A DNA stretch of 49,590 bases, from IMG/VR virus record IMGVR_UViG_3300009365_000061; one strand, written 5' to 3'. Position 1 is the stretch's first letter. Each line of letters opens with the position of its first letter. The DNA comes from a virus. Shown piece by piece: positions 31,401 through 40,063 of this stretch. The notes below the pieces were generated by a model, which worked only from the letters and a program-made list of their open reading frames with translations, did no database searches and was not told the DNA's origin. A program made the position numbers and the translations under genes.

Positions 31401-32055
31401 CAAGCTCGACAACACCCTCATCACCAAGACCGCGAAGGCGGGCATCACCCTCGGGCAGGTGTTGGAATCGGTGGCCCATGCCACGGCCAACATGATTACC
31501 AATGTCACCGACAACGGGACCGAGAAGCTCTACAAATTCTTGGAGGCCCTGGGCCAAATCGCCATCCAGGCCGGTATCGCGGCCTTTATGTTGGCCGAGA
31601 CCTTCAAGGCCGCAATCGCCACGCCCTGGATAGCCGCCGCCCTCATCGGGGTCGGATTGGCCCTGAAGACCTGGGCTTCTTCGAAGCTCAAGGACCTCCG
31701 GAATGCGGAGGATGCGAGCGCGGTCTCTATCGGGGCCTTCGCTCAGGGTGGAGTTGTGGGTGGAAAGGGCGGGGTGGACAACAACCTCGCGTGGATTTCG
31801 AGGGGTGAGTATGTGATGCCGGTCGAAGAGACCCAGAGGTATCTACCGCTCCTGGAAGCCATGAGGTCGAACATGGTCCCCTCCTTCGCCGGTGGGGGCG
31901 TAAACCATTCCTCTGATTCCCTGGAGCCGGGAGCCGAGGGAGGCGGGCAGACCCTCAACTTTAACTTCTATGGGACCGTGGTCGGGGGAAACCAGACCGC
32001 TATCAGAAACCTTGCCCGGGAACTCCGGGACTACATTTTCGAGGAGAGCCTCTGA
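28429..32055 (+). CDS. tape measure protein
   Basis: 1208 aa, Ala/Leu/Gln-rich and helical, with hydrophobic segments near the C-terminus (IAIQAGIAAFMLAETFKAAIATPWIAAALIGVGLAL). Position after G/GT. Confidence 0.85.
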   Translation: MPGPMGMGNNMVIQFGSVGAGVLSGDIDKVSSSLKRLGATMAAVTAATVGFGTAFEQGMANVQSVARASAGDLNLLEKTARNLARTTVRDATRATSAMYTLASAGLSVKEIMETTAPVIYLSGATLHNLRDSAEMVVGTLKQFGLATDQSWRVANVFAASIQNSLLNMERLGDAMKYVGPIARSVNLRIEETTAALMGLHDAGLLGSISGTGLRQMFLRLAKPTEDISRMLGGVSLSANGLSAVLDQLNASQMTTADLFKLFNVRAVNAMMILRRLGSEGLAEYLSKITDTNSAMEMFNIQMNTMKSQFIIFWNKMKDIGIEVFQRMQPLLSHTLSFMTQIVDKVGDWLRAGSSSEAEKWVEYMRAMNVEGEEYVGLLEDYNRLATFEQLAHQMDNAADKMNLFDSYTGHSVDVTKQLRDALEGAQQEAEALESEARAISSLPPAEEYYGLLPQDEIRKIQKWRQEVDDGTTSAESFGRASKEVALIQEYLDKNIESVNRGLGASEEVVRAYARAHNMGMEEARKALEQYSMEFSHWKTALVTITTGQVIPIIEEATERTEAAFKFETAQENLERLQSAFAELAVMAKAGDTTSVVDIGTGSLDLLSTMINQMVRARQIVVDFGDDLSGAFASPEGLERVQTLFAELGFDIPLVAEEGDVAARALRDGSMRASQVLEGLRSQYTFLFNFIKDEAPEVWNAMSKAQQEVLEGWIKGDRAGAKKAKAANADLLADYQKILSNTNDAILAIEKMRDQYRVGAMQATDWGDKGGQALKTLMSAALEGTVTFDQLKVKLDELAKRDPSLQALLPSAEDLREWYDGTIPVVGEFKEMTLQEMEDLASGLQEALAKTDPADREALLGHWQDYWTAVGIGGEDAMKLVADGMEGIEGSTATSGQSVKALIQAVKGFRDIATAFDWGSVFEPEEFQSHVADMRGALASAAFDAQSQMAVMKGALVDADEGVKQATLSLLVMMQTLAGGPVAVEDFIEALDKLDNTLITKTAKAGITLGQVLESVAHATANMITNVTDNGTEKLYKFLEALGQIAIQAGIAAFMLAETFKAAIATPWIAAALIGVGLALKTWASSKLKDLRNAEDASAVSIGAFAQGGVVGGKGGVDNNLAWISRGEYVMPVEETQRYLPLLEAMRSNMVPSFAGGGVNHSSDSLEPGAEGGGQTLNFNFYGTVVGGNQTAIRNLARELRDYIFEESL

Positions 32056-32447
32056 TGGCTGACTATACTGAAGGAACCGTGGCAGCAGAAACCATCTCCG
32101 GGACCGATTATGCCTACTGGCCGATGCCCCATCATCCGACCCCGCCCCCTGCCATGTTGTTGACCAAGAAATACAACACGAAGGAGCATCGCCGGATGGG
32201 TGTCATCATGGCGGTCATAGACTATGGAGATAAATACATCTTCGACATTCAGTGGCAATACTTGACCTCTGCCGAGGTATCCGGTATCCAGGAATGGGCC
32301 GACCGTCGAACCTTCCGCTTCTATTACAACTGTACCGAGGGGTCGGGGGGTGATTATGTCACCGTTTATGCCCATGGGAAAAACTTCAAGCCGGTGAAGA
32401 AGCGGGGGGATATGTGGGGCCTCATCATGAAACTTGAGGAAATCTAA
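32055..32447 (+). CDS. minor tail protein (lambda gpM-like, putative)
   Basis: 130 aa. TGATG overlap with the tape measure, and its stop overlaps the next ATG. Assigned from size, synteny and loose pattern similarity. Confidence 0.4.
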   Translation: MADYTEGTVAAETISGTDYAYWPMPHHPTPPPAMLLTKKYNTKEHRRMGVIMAVIDYGDKYIFDIQWQYLTSAEVSGIQEWADRRTFRFYYNCTEGSGGDYVTVYAHGKNFKPVKKRGDMWGLIMKLEEI

Positions 32448-35400
32448 TGGCCTACGAAATCCATGATTGGGTCTCTGTCACCGACGATTGGTGTAATGCT
32501 GTTGAGGCCAATGGATACGACATCCCACCGGAGGTTCGGATTCAGGTGGTGGGTCGCCCCGGAGTGTCCTCCTACCATGAGACCATGACCGATGCGGTCT
32601 CCCTCCTCTCCGCTGACCCCATCTCCTACGGTATCGACTGGTTCAAATGGGGCGGGTATGGCAGGACCAAGGACCAGGATTTCACCTTTGCAAACAATGA
32701 CGGGTGGTTCGATTCCGCTTCCGGTGTGACCCGAGAGAACATCGGCGATTTCATGGTCGTGGAATTCTCATTCTCCACGACCGAATGGAAACCCCTCTTT
32801 ATCGGGCGCATCCAGGGCGTGAAGAGAAACCCCGACCTCACCCGAACCATCACGGCCCACTCCGATTGGGAGACCTGGAAGAAGAGGCACCGACCCTTCA
32901 AGCCCTTTGCCTATATGCCGGACCAGTACATTTCGAAGACTCCTATCATGAACAAGGAGTATCGGAAGCTGTCCACCGGGTCCTTCTACCTCTACCAGAA
33001 TGTCACCTACGACTACAATGACTACCCCGGCGACGGGCCCACCGACGATGATTCTTGGCCGAAAACTTTCTCCTTCTGGGCCGAAAGGGGCATCGGCTCC
33101 TGGGTCGATGAGGAAAAGATTATCGTCAAGACATGGTACGGGCGAGAGTGTTATTCGGATGGGTGTTTCGAGGATGACCATGAAGATGCGTTTGGGTGCG
33201 GACAGTCGGGAACCGAGGATTGCGACAACACCCTCGATTACAACTGCCGGTATTTCGACCTCTGCCAGAATTTCATCGACAACGATTGCTGGAGCCTGAA
33301 CGATGGTGCCATCACCGTCTATTCCCGCGGCCAAGCCATTAACCATGAATGGAATGTCTGTGTCGCCTCGGGTGTGAATTGGATTGGCAGGGCCAGAAGA
33401 AGCAGGGTCGCTAACCAGTATCGGGACAAGGGTGAAGCCTATTCGATTCACCCGCCCCATATCCGGTATTCGGATGTTGTAGATACCGACGCTGAATGGG
33501 GTGATGGGTCCAGGTTCCCCTTCGCCCTCATCGACCGGAATGAGGTCCAGGTGGGAGGGTGTGTCGGTATCGCCGGACCCGACCCGGACCATTGGGACGG
33601 AATGGTTGGCGAGGGGTACGGTGTGGGCAACGCCTGGGATTCAGAGGGCGAGAGAACCCTCTGGCCCTATTGGGGCATTCGCCTCAAGGGTGTGGTTTCT
33701 CAGACCAACAAGTCGCCCTATCCGGGATATGTCCAGCAGAATCCGGGTGCCATCATTGACCCGAATGAGGTCAATCAGCCTCTATTCCCGGATGCCCGAG
33801 AGACCAAGAAGAACCCAAGCATACCCGAGGCCAACGACTACCTCGAACCTTGGTTCTATGTCTGTTATTCGCCGGAAATGACCACGGTCTCCAGCCTCTC
33901 CGGGTTCCCCATGGCCAGCTACTACAGCAATGGGGTCACCGGAAGGTGTAATCCTCCGCAGCCCATCATCGCCATGCTCCACTACATGGCCTCGGGTTCG
34001 CGTCTGGATTACAACTCCTTGGGAAGCACCCCGGACACCGCCGACCTGTTCGATTCGATTGATGTGGCGCAGGTCACCGACAACTATGAGGAATTCCGAT
34101 ACACCGGCTTTGACTACCATGTCCGTGGGAGCCGAATCCCTGGTATCCAATGGAGGTGTGGCGGGTGGGGGAGCGCAAGCGACTCCATCCACACCGGTCT
34201 CGATGAGACCATCGTCAATTCCGAAAAGACCTGGGAAACTGTCATCAAGAACATCCTCCAGGTGACCGGGATTCACCTGTACCAGAGTCCCTGGGGAACC
34301 GTCGACTGGATGGTTGTCCCTGGCAGACTCTCTGCCGAAGCACCCTCCGTGGATTGCGAGGCCTTCGCGCCCCGGTTTGTGGCGACCCTGGCCGGGTCCC
34401 ATCCCCACCTCCACCACTCCTACGACTCCTCCGCGGCCCAGGCCTCCGGGTTCGATGTGGAGAGGGATGCCTGGGACCTCGCCATCGAGGAGCGGGATGC
34501 CATCCGGGCTGTCGACTTCAAATTCCAGATGCTCGATGCCGACCAATCATTCGGCATCACCAAGCTGGTCGAGGTCCAGGAGAGAACTCCCGACGACTCA
34601 GACACCGAGGAATCCAACCTCTATGGCTCTGCCGCTACCCTGAGGCACCGGTCCGAGGGCCGGGAGATGGCCGAGAATATCTACGCGGCCTACGGGCGGG
34701 TGTGGTCTGAGGTCCAATTCACCACTCCGATGGCCCGAATGATTTGCAACCCCATCGACTCCAAATACCTGTTCAGGCCTGGGGCTAAAATCCATGTGAC
34801 CGACAACACCCAATCCTGGGCTGCGTGGTGTGATGTGGTCGGCATGGACTTCGACATCGTCAAAGGCACGATGAACATTAGGGCAGTCACCTGTTCGACT
34901 ACACCCGGCACAGATGGATGCGTGGTCACCCCTCCCTACATAGATTTTGGTTTGGTGGATGAGTGGGGGCAACGGACCTTGGCCATGAACATTGGCAACC
35001 CCGGTGCCACGCAATTGGCCGGTTCCATGGTCATCACTGGCACCAATGCCGGGATGTTCTCTGCCGGTGAATACTATTACAGCCTTGCCCCCGGTGAGGA
35101 CACCACGGTCTCAGTGACCTTCGCCCCCGGTGGGGTGTATGGACCCAAGGGTGCGACTGTCTCCTTCTCCGATGCCATCTGCTACACGGTGGAACTCTTC
35201 GGTGTCTCTGCCGAGCTTTCCCGGGGAGCGGTGGCCATCTCCGGAGACCCGCAGGGGTCGATACCCTGGATTGAACCGGAATCTCAACTTGATGTCGGTG
35301 TTCAGGATGGGCCTGGAAGAATCCGACAGGGTTTCTTTATCAAGAATGTTGGCGAGGGGGACCTCGCGGGCGAGTGGAATATCTGGGGTGGTAGGGTCCA

Positions 35401-38400
35401 TGGTTCGGGGGGCGAATGGGCCTTCGACCTTGAGGACCAAGCCTATGACCTCGCGGAAGCCGAGGGGTCTCAATTCTATGTGGTGTTCAAGCCGTGGGGG
35501 CCTGGGAAGTATTACGCCACCATGGAGGGCACCGACCCCATGTACGACATCTACCTCTACGGTCAGGCTGTCGGCTGGTTCGGGCCTTTCGGCATTCGGC
35601 CATCCGGGGAGATTGGGTTCGGTGCCACGATGGCCAACATCGAGACCGGGACCCGAGAGGTGGAGATTCGGAACTTTGTCGACGAGACCCTCGAAATCAC
35701 CATCAATGTCTCCTGTCTCGGCGACTACACGGTTTACTCTTGCACCGATGCCACGGTCACCCTCACCGAGGATTTGGCCTCGACCACCCTGTTCAAATAC
35801 AACCCCGATTCCGCCGCTGCCCACTTTGCCGAGGTTACCTTCTCGACGACCTACACCGATGTAGAGACCCAGGATTCCCTGCCCTACATTGTTACGGCCA
35901 CCCTCTTCGGCGGGGCCTACCCCTCCGGCGTGACCTTCGACTACATCCAGGTCTTGCCGGGTGAGTTGGTATTCCCCGACACCTGGATTGCTGATGACAC
36001 CCGCTACCGCGACTTCACGGTTCTCAACCTGTCGGCGGTAACCCAGACCCTCAATTGGGCACCCAATGGGGAGAATGAATATTTCTGGCTCGACACGGTC
36101 ACGGCCCCCGAGCATTACATGGACGAGGGTAACGAGGTTCTCTATCCCGGTGCCACTATCTCCGGAAGGGTTGGGTTCGACCCGACCGCGGCAGGGTCCT
36201 TCTCGCAGATTTTCACCATCATCTCCGGTGAGGAGAATGAGTTCGACGCGAGGATTCTCTGTTCGGGGATTGGCCTTGCCCAGGACTCGAAGTGCAAGCT
36301 CTACCCAACCTACCTCATCTTCACCAATGTCCCGGTGGGGGAGTCGGAGACCCAGACCGTCACCATCTCGAACACCACGCCGGTCGGATTGGAAATCGAC
36401 ACTGTCTTCGACATCACGGCCACCGGCTCCTATGTGGATGACTGGTCATACACCATCGACGATGCCAACATTCTCGGTGGAGAGTCGACCACGGTGTCGA
36501 TAACCTTCTCCCCCTCCAGGAGGGCTAGTTCCTATTATCAGTTCGACCCGGGCGATTCTTGCATCCACCTGACCTGTATGGGTCAGGGGTCGGCCTATTA
36601 CTATGTGAGACCCCCGATTCTGGACTTCGGACAGCAGGACTTCCATTCCGAAAAGACCCTCGACTATGTGGTCTCCAATACCCACAACGCGACCATCACG
36701 GTAACCCGCGCCCTGACCGGAGATTCCGAATTCGATGGGGCCGTGACCGACATGGAAATTGCCGCCGAGTCGGAGGCCACCGGGACCCTGACCTACGCTC
36801 CGACAGGAGATGGCGAACACACCGGCCTCATCACCTTCGACCTCGACGGGGCATCCCAGGAATATGAGATGACGGTCACCGGCACCGCGGTCGTCGGCCA
36901 GAAGCCGGTTATCGCCCTGAATGAGGTCCTCAATTTCCAGGATGTGGCGGTCGGGGCCACCGTGGGCCAGGCCTGCGTGTTCCAGAACCTCACGGCCACA
37001 ACCATCACTCTCACCATGTCTATTGCCGGTGTCGACCAAACCCAATTCGACTGGTCTCCCTTCATCGGGTCCAAACCGGATTGTGTTATCCCTGGCGGCG
37101 GGTATGGCTATGCGACAGTCACCTGCTCCCCGACCCGAGAGGGGCCTCTGGGGTGCAGCATGATTGACTCTACTGGCCAACTCGATGCCTCGGTCATTCT
37201 CCAGGGCCTGTCCCACAAATATGCCTACTCCCTCGACCCGACCGAGATGACCTTCGGGGTCCATCGGCCCGATGAGTCGACCGAATCTTCCTACACCATC
37301 ACGAACAACCTGTATGAAAGAACGATTTCAAATGTCACCCGGACCCTGTCCGGCGACACCGGCCACTTCACCACCTCGACGACCAACATCAACCTCTCCT
37401 CGGAGGAGACCGAGACTCATTATGTGACCTACGAGCCGACCGGAGTTGGTTCTCATGTCATGACCATCACCTTCTCCACCTCCGATGCTGATGCCGGGGA
37501 CTCCACGGTGCGGACCCTCCGGGTGGTGGGGGCCATGGTGGAATCGGGGACCGAGGTTCCTGAATTGATAATCACACCGGGGACCATGCACTTCCCCACC
37601 ACCTATGTCGGCAACACGGTCTACCGGGATTTCGAGGTGACCAACCTGATGACGGTCTCCCGGACCCTCTCCATCGGGTGGGATTCTAATGCCCCGTGGG
37701 CGTTTGTGGAGGTTGCCCACCCCGACTACATCTCCAATTCGGGCGGAACGCTCATCGAACCTGGGCAGAGGTTGATTGGCACATGGTCCTTTACTCCTGC
37801 CGGGGACAATTCCCTGAAGGAACACTATTCCAACATCTGCCTCGATTGCACCGACGGAGCCACCATTTCTATGCAGGGGTTCGATGCAGCCCATGATTAT
37901 GGTGAATGCTATCCGGTCCAGGGTGCGGCAGGGTTCGGTGTCATCGACTGCTCCGGCAATTACGAACTCCCCATCACCCTTTACAACAACTACGAAGAGG
38001 ACCTCGACGATACCGTCTTCACGGTGACCGGGGTGGATAAGCAGTATTTCTCGATTGCTACCGAGACCGGAGGCCCATACTACGACAAGGTTACCGGAAC
38101 TGTCGAATCCTTCGACTCCTTCGACATCTATGTTCTGTTCAACCCGGGTAGGTCGGCCCCCTGTTACGCGGGAATTGTGTCCGACGGAATCTGCAATGCC
38201 ATCACCCTCCACGGTGCGGCCCAGAATGTTCTCTATGTGGCCGACGAGGTCCTCAACTTCGGGGCCATGGTCACCGGGACCGACGACACCAAGACCTTCA
38301 CCATCTACAACTACGGGGACACCACTCGGAATGTCCTCCTGAATTGCCCCTCCGGGTTTGACATTGACCCTGTGAATACCATCAATATTGCGGCCAACGA

Positions 38401-39313
38401 CTCTGAAGATGTTGATGTGGAATTTGCCCCGACCGAGGTCCTCTCCTACGGGGGCACCATCAATGTTCGGGACTATACGAATGGGGTTGAGGGCCGACTT
38501 CTCGACTCCATCTCGGTCCATGGCCAGGGTGTGGCCTCTACCGCATCCTTTGTGATAATTCCGGGAGACACCTATGCCTTCGGACCCAGGATGGTCTCCC
38601 AGACTTCGGCCCCTGTCGACTTTGTTCTCTTCAATACCGGGAATGTCCAGTTGGATTACCGGTCCTACCTGGGATACAACAACTCCCTCTACTTCACCAT
38701 GGAGACCGCGGTCATCGGCACCTTGAATCCAGGTGAGAGTGCGATAGCACAGATAAGTGTTTGCCCCTCTGACTCCGACTATGCTTGGTGTATCCTGGAT
38801 TGGTCGGTCTCCACGACCAGCGAGGGGACCCCCCTCACCGGGGATACCCATGGGGTCACGGTGACCGGTGTGGTTTCTCATGAGACTCGGTTCCTCCTCT
38901 CCCCCTATGGAATCGGCGGGACCGAGGACCTTTGGGTCGGCGGACCCATGGGCCAGGATGTTCATGCCTACATCACCAACAACGGCGGCTACCAGATTTC
39001 CGGAGAGGTGACCTTCGTCGCCGCCGAGTCTTCGACCGATGGCAGCACTTGGCATTCAGCCACCCAGGGGAATGCCATCAATCCGCCCTTCGCGCAGACC
39101 GACACCTTCGACCTCGCCCCCGGCGAAGGAGGGGACTGGTCGGTCTGGGCCAACAACGGGGTCGCCGGAGATTTCCACTACCGGGCCTTCTACAAGGTCA
39201 CGGCCTCCGGGGAGATTGGGGCCATCACGCCCTATGCCGACCTGTCCAGGTCTGTCGCCGGGTGGGGCACCATCAGCTACAATACCTGCATATCTGTTCG
39301 ATGTTGGGACTAA
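32447..39313 (+). CDS. giant tail tip / central fibre protein (gpL-like N-terminal region fused to a long Ig-like repeat array)
   Basis: 2288-aa uninterrupted ORF after the tape measure. Near residue 230, TWYGRECYSDGC...C...C...C...C recalls the lambda gpL WTYRGDECGYSG Cys motif. From about residue 825 there are ~12 repeats of an FG..v.G......f.i.N.G pattern. Confidence 0.8.
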   Translation: MAYEIHDWVSVTDDWCNAVEANGYDIPPEVRIQVVGRPGVSSYHETMTDAVSLLSADPISYGIDWFKWGGYGRTKDQDFTFANNDGWFDSASGVTRENIGDFMVVEFSFSTTEWKPLFIGRIQGVKRNPDLTRTITAHSDWETWKKRHRPFKPFAYMPDQYISKTPIMNKEYRKLSTGSFYLYQNVTYDYNDYPGDGPTDDDSWPKTFSFWAERGIGSWVDEEKIIVKTWYGRECYSDGCFEDDHEDAFGCGQSGTEDCDNTLDYNCRYFDLCQNFIDNDCWSLNDGAITVYSRGQAINHEWNVCVASGVNWIGRARRSRVANQYRDKGEAYSIHPPHIRYSDVVDTDAEWGDGSRFPFALIDRNEVQVGGCVGIAGPDPDHWDGMVGEGYGVGNAWDSEGERTLWPYWGIRLKGVVSQTNKSPYPGYVQQNPGAIIDPNEVNQPLFPDARETKKNPSIPEANDYLEPWFYVCYSPEMTTVSSLSGFPMASYYSNGVTGRCNPPQPIIAMLHYMASGSRLDYNSLGSTPDTADLFDSIDVAQVTDNYEEFRYTGFDYHVRGSRIPGIQWRCGGWGSASDSIHTGLDETIVNSEKTWETVIKNILQVTGIHLYQSPWGTVDWMVVPGRLSAEAPSVDCEAFAPRFVATLAGSHPHLHHSYDSSAAQASGFDVERDAWDLAIEERDAIRAVDFKFQMLDADQSFGITKLVEVQERTPDDSDTEESNLYGSAATLRHRSEGREMAENIYAAYGRVWSEVQFTTPMARMICNPIDSKYLFRPGAKIHVTDNTQSWAAWCDVVGMDFDIVKGTMNIRAVTCSTTPGTDGCVVTPPYIDFGLVDEWGQRTLAMNIGNPGATQLAGSMVITGTNAGMFSAGEYYYSLAPGEDTTVSVTFAPGGVYGPKGATVSFSDAICYTVELFGVSAELSRGAVAISGDPQGSIPWIEPESQLDVGVQDGPGRIRQGFFIKNVGEGDLAGEWNIWGGRVHGSGGEWAFDLEDQAYDLAEAEGSQFYVVFKPWGPGKYYATMEGTDPMYDIYLYGQAVGWFGPFGIRPSGEIGFGATMANIETGTREVEIRNFVDETLEITINVSCLGDYTVYSCTDATVTLTEDLASTTLFKYNPDSAAAHFAEVTFSTTYTDVETQDSLPYIVTATLFGGAYPSGVTFDYIQVLPGELVFPDTWIADDTRYRDFTVLNLSAVTQTLNWAPNGENEYFWLDTVTAPEHYMDEGNEVLYPGATISGRVGFDPTAAGSFSQIFTIISGEENEFDARILCSGIGLAQDSKCKLYPTYLIFTNVPVGESETQTVTISNTTPVGLEIDTVFDITATGSYVDDWSYTIDDANILGGESTTVSITFSPSRRASSYYQFDPGDSCIHLTCMGQGSAYYYVRPPILDFGQQDFHSEKTLDYVVSNTHNATITVTRALTGDSEFDGAVTDMEIAAESEATGTLTYAPTGDGEHTGLITFDLDGASQEYEMTVTGTAVVGQKPVIALNEVLNFQDVAVGATVGQACVFQNLTATTITLTMSIAGVDQTQFDWSPFIGSKPDCVIPGGGYGYATVTCSPTREGPLGCSMIDSTGQLDASVILQGLSHKYAYSLDPTEMTFGVHRPDESTESSYTITNNLYERTISNVTRTLSGDTGHFTTSTTNINLSSEETETHYVTYEPTGVGSHVMTITFSTSDADAGDSTVRTLRVVGAMVESGTEVPELIITPGTMHFPTTYVGNTVYRDFEVTNLMTVSRTLSIGWDSNAPWAFVEVAHPDYISNSGGTLIEPGQRLIGTWSFTPAGDNSLKEHYSNICLDCTDGATISMQGFDAAHDYGECYPVQGAAGFGVIDCSGNYELPITLYNNYEEDLDDTVFTVTGVDKQYFSIATETGGPYYDKVTGTVESFDSFDIYVLFNPGRSAPCYAGIVSDGICNAITLHGAAQNVLYVADEVLNFGAMVTGTDDTKTFTIYNYGDTTRNVLLNCPSGFDIDPVNTINIAANDSEDVDVEFAPTEVLSYGGTINVRDYTNGVEGRLLDSISVHGQGVASTASFVIIPGDTYAFGPRMVSQTSAPVDFVLFNTGNVQLDYRSYLGYNNSLYFTMETAVIGTLNPGESAIAQISVCPSDSDYAWCILDWSVSTTSEGTPLTGDTHGVTVTGVVSHETRFLLSPYGIGGTEDLWVGGPMGQDVHAYITNNGGYQISGEVTFVAAESSTDGSTWHSATQGNAINPPFAQTDTFDLAPGEGGDWSVWANNGVAGDFHYRAFYKVTASGEIGAITPYADLSRSVAGWGTISYNTCISVRCWD
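34921..39313 (+). other. array of about 12 tandem Ig-like (ASH/PapD-like, choice-of-anchor-D-type) domains within CDS 32447..39313
   Basis: Recurrent units of ~110-120 aa. Examples: YIDFGLVDEWGQRTLAMNIGNPG, LIFTNVPVGESETQTVTISNTT, ILDFGQQDFHSEKTLDYVVSNTH, LNFQDVAVGATVGQACVFQNLT, MTFGVHRPDESTESSYTITNN, MHFPTTYVGNTVYRDFEVTNL, LNFGAMVTGTDDTKTFTIYNYG, YAFGPRMVSQTSAPVDFVLFNTG. Each is followed by a ...F.P.. strand and a ..G.. terminus. Confidence 0.55.
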
Positions 39314-39322
39314 GGAGATTCC

Positions 39323-39868
39323 ATGTCACGGTATTCGCCCTACTTCGACGACGAATGGCCCGACTACTTCTCGATGAAGGAATTCGACAGGGTGAAGGTG
39401 GCGGGGAAGGAGTACCGTGTTCGATTTACGGAGGTTGGTCTCTTCCTCCTGGACCACTTGGTTCTGAATGTGCTGTCTCCCATTCGGAATTACTTCGGCA
39501 AACCCATGCGAATCACCTGCGGGGCGAGGTCCATGGAGGTCCATCAGGCCATCCTGGCAGAGGCCAAGAAGGACCCGACCAAGCCGAAGCCCTCGAAGAG
39601 GAGTGACCACTTCTTCTCCAACGCGGCCCACCCCCATGGGGTCGGTGCCGCTGATGTCACCATCCGGGGGGTGTCCCCCCAGGACATTCTTATTTTCGCC
39701 ATGAATAAGGGCCTCCCCACGGGACAGGTCATCGGGTATCCGGCAAGGCATTTCGCCCATATCTCCAACCCACGGACCCTCCTCTTCTCGGACGAGGCCA
39801 TCCAGGTTCTCGGAGAAAAGAAACCATATCTCATCTGGACGGCTGAAAGAGGCTACCGGCCCATCTGA
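39323..39868 (+). CDS. peptidase M15 family cell-wall hydrolase (endolysin candidate)
   Basis: TAAGGAG RBS. RITCGARS...KRSDHFFSNAAHPHGVGAADV fits the M15 (M15_3/M15A) zinc-ligand pattern SxH...G.AaD. Last gene of the late block. Confidence 0.6.
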   Translation: MSRYSPYFDDEWPDYFSMKEFDRVKVAGKEYRVRFTEVGLFLLDHLVLNVLSPIRNYFGKPMRITCGARSMEVHQAILAEAKKDPTKPKPSKRSDHFFSNAAHPHGVGAADVTIRGVSPQDILIFAMNKGLPTGQVIGYPARHFAHISNPRTLLFSDEAIQVLGEKKPYLIWTAERGYRPI

Positions 39869-39930
39869 GGCCCTGAGAGGCCCTCTGAGGCCCGATTTTT
39901 CTGAGGGGTGCCATGGGTCACCTGAGGCCC
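39865..39930 (+). repeat. cluster of CTGAGGCCC direct repeats
   Basis: Perfect copies at 39865-39873, 39885-39893 and 39922-39930. Variants CTGAGAGGCCC (39873-39883) and CTGAGGGGT (39901-39909). Starts at the stop codon of the M15 gene, upstream of the promoter at 40009. Confidence 0.8.
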
Positions 39931-40008
39931 TTACTCCTCCACCCTGCCCAGGCCTGTGGACAGACGGCCCTCTCCAGAAAATATCTCGGACCCCCGGTAC
40001 AAAACCTC

Positions 40009-40038
40009 TTGACCAACGATAACCTATTCGGATAAGAT
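40009..40038 (+). promoter_or_regulatory. sigma70-like promoter of the regulation/recombination module
   Basis: TTGACC (40009-40014), 18 nt, TAAGAT (40033-40038). Spacer contains ATTCGGA (40026-40032). Confidence 0.45.
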
Positions 40039-40063
40039 GCCGATGAAACAGAAAGAGGAACTG

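Noticed and set aside
26420-39055. Long - strand ORFs 26420..27691, 28249..29427, 30049..31557, 32768..33592, 33782..34546, 35111..36115, 36446..37264 and 37328..39055.
   Set aside because: All are antisense shadows of the tail tube, tape measure and fibre genes. Their translations are Gly/Pro/Arg/His-rich with no motifs. The + strand genes have RBSs, coupling and recognisable families.
39865-39930. CTGAGGCCC repeats as a CRISPR-like array.
   Set aside because: The repeats are only 9 bp with 1-28-bp spacings. That is far too short and irregular for CRISPR, so I interpret them as protein-binding repeats.
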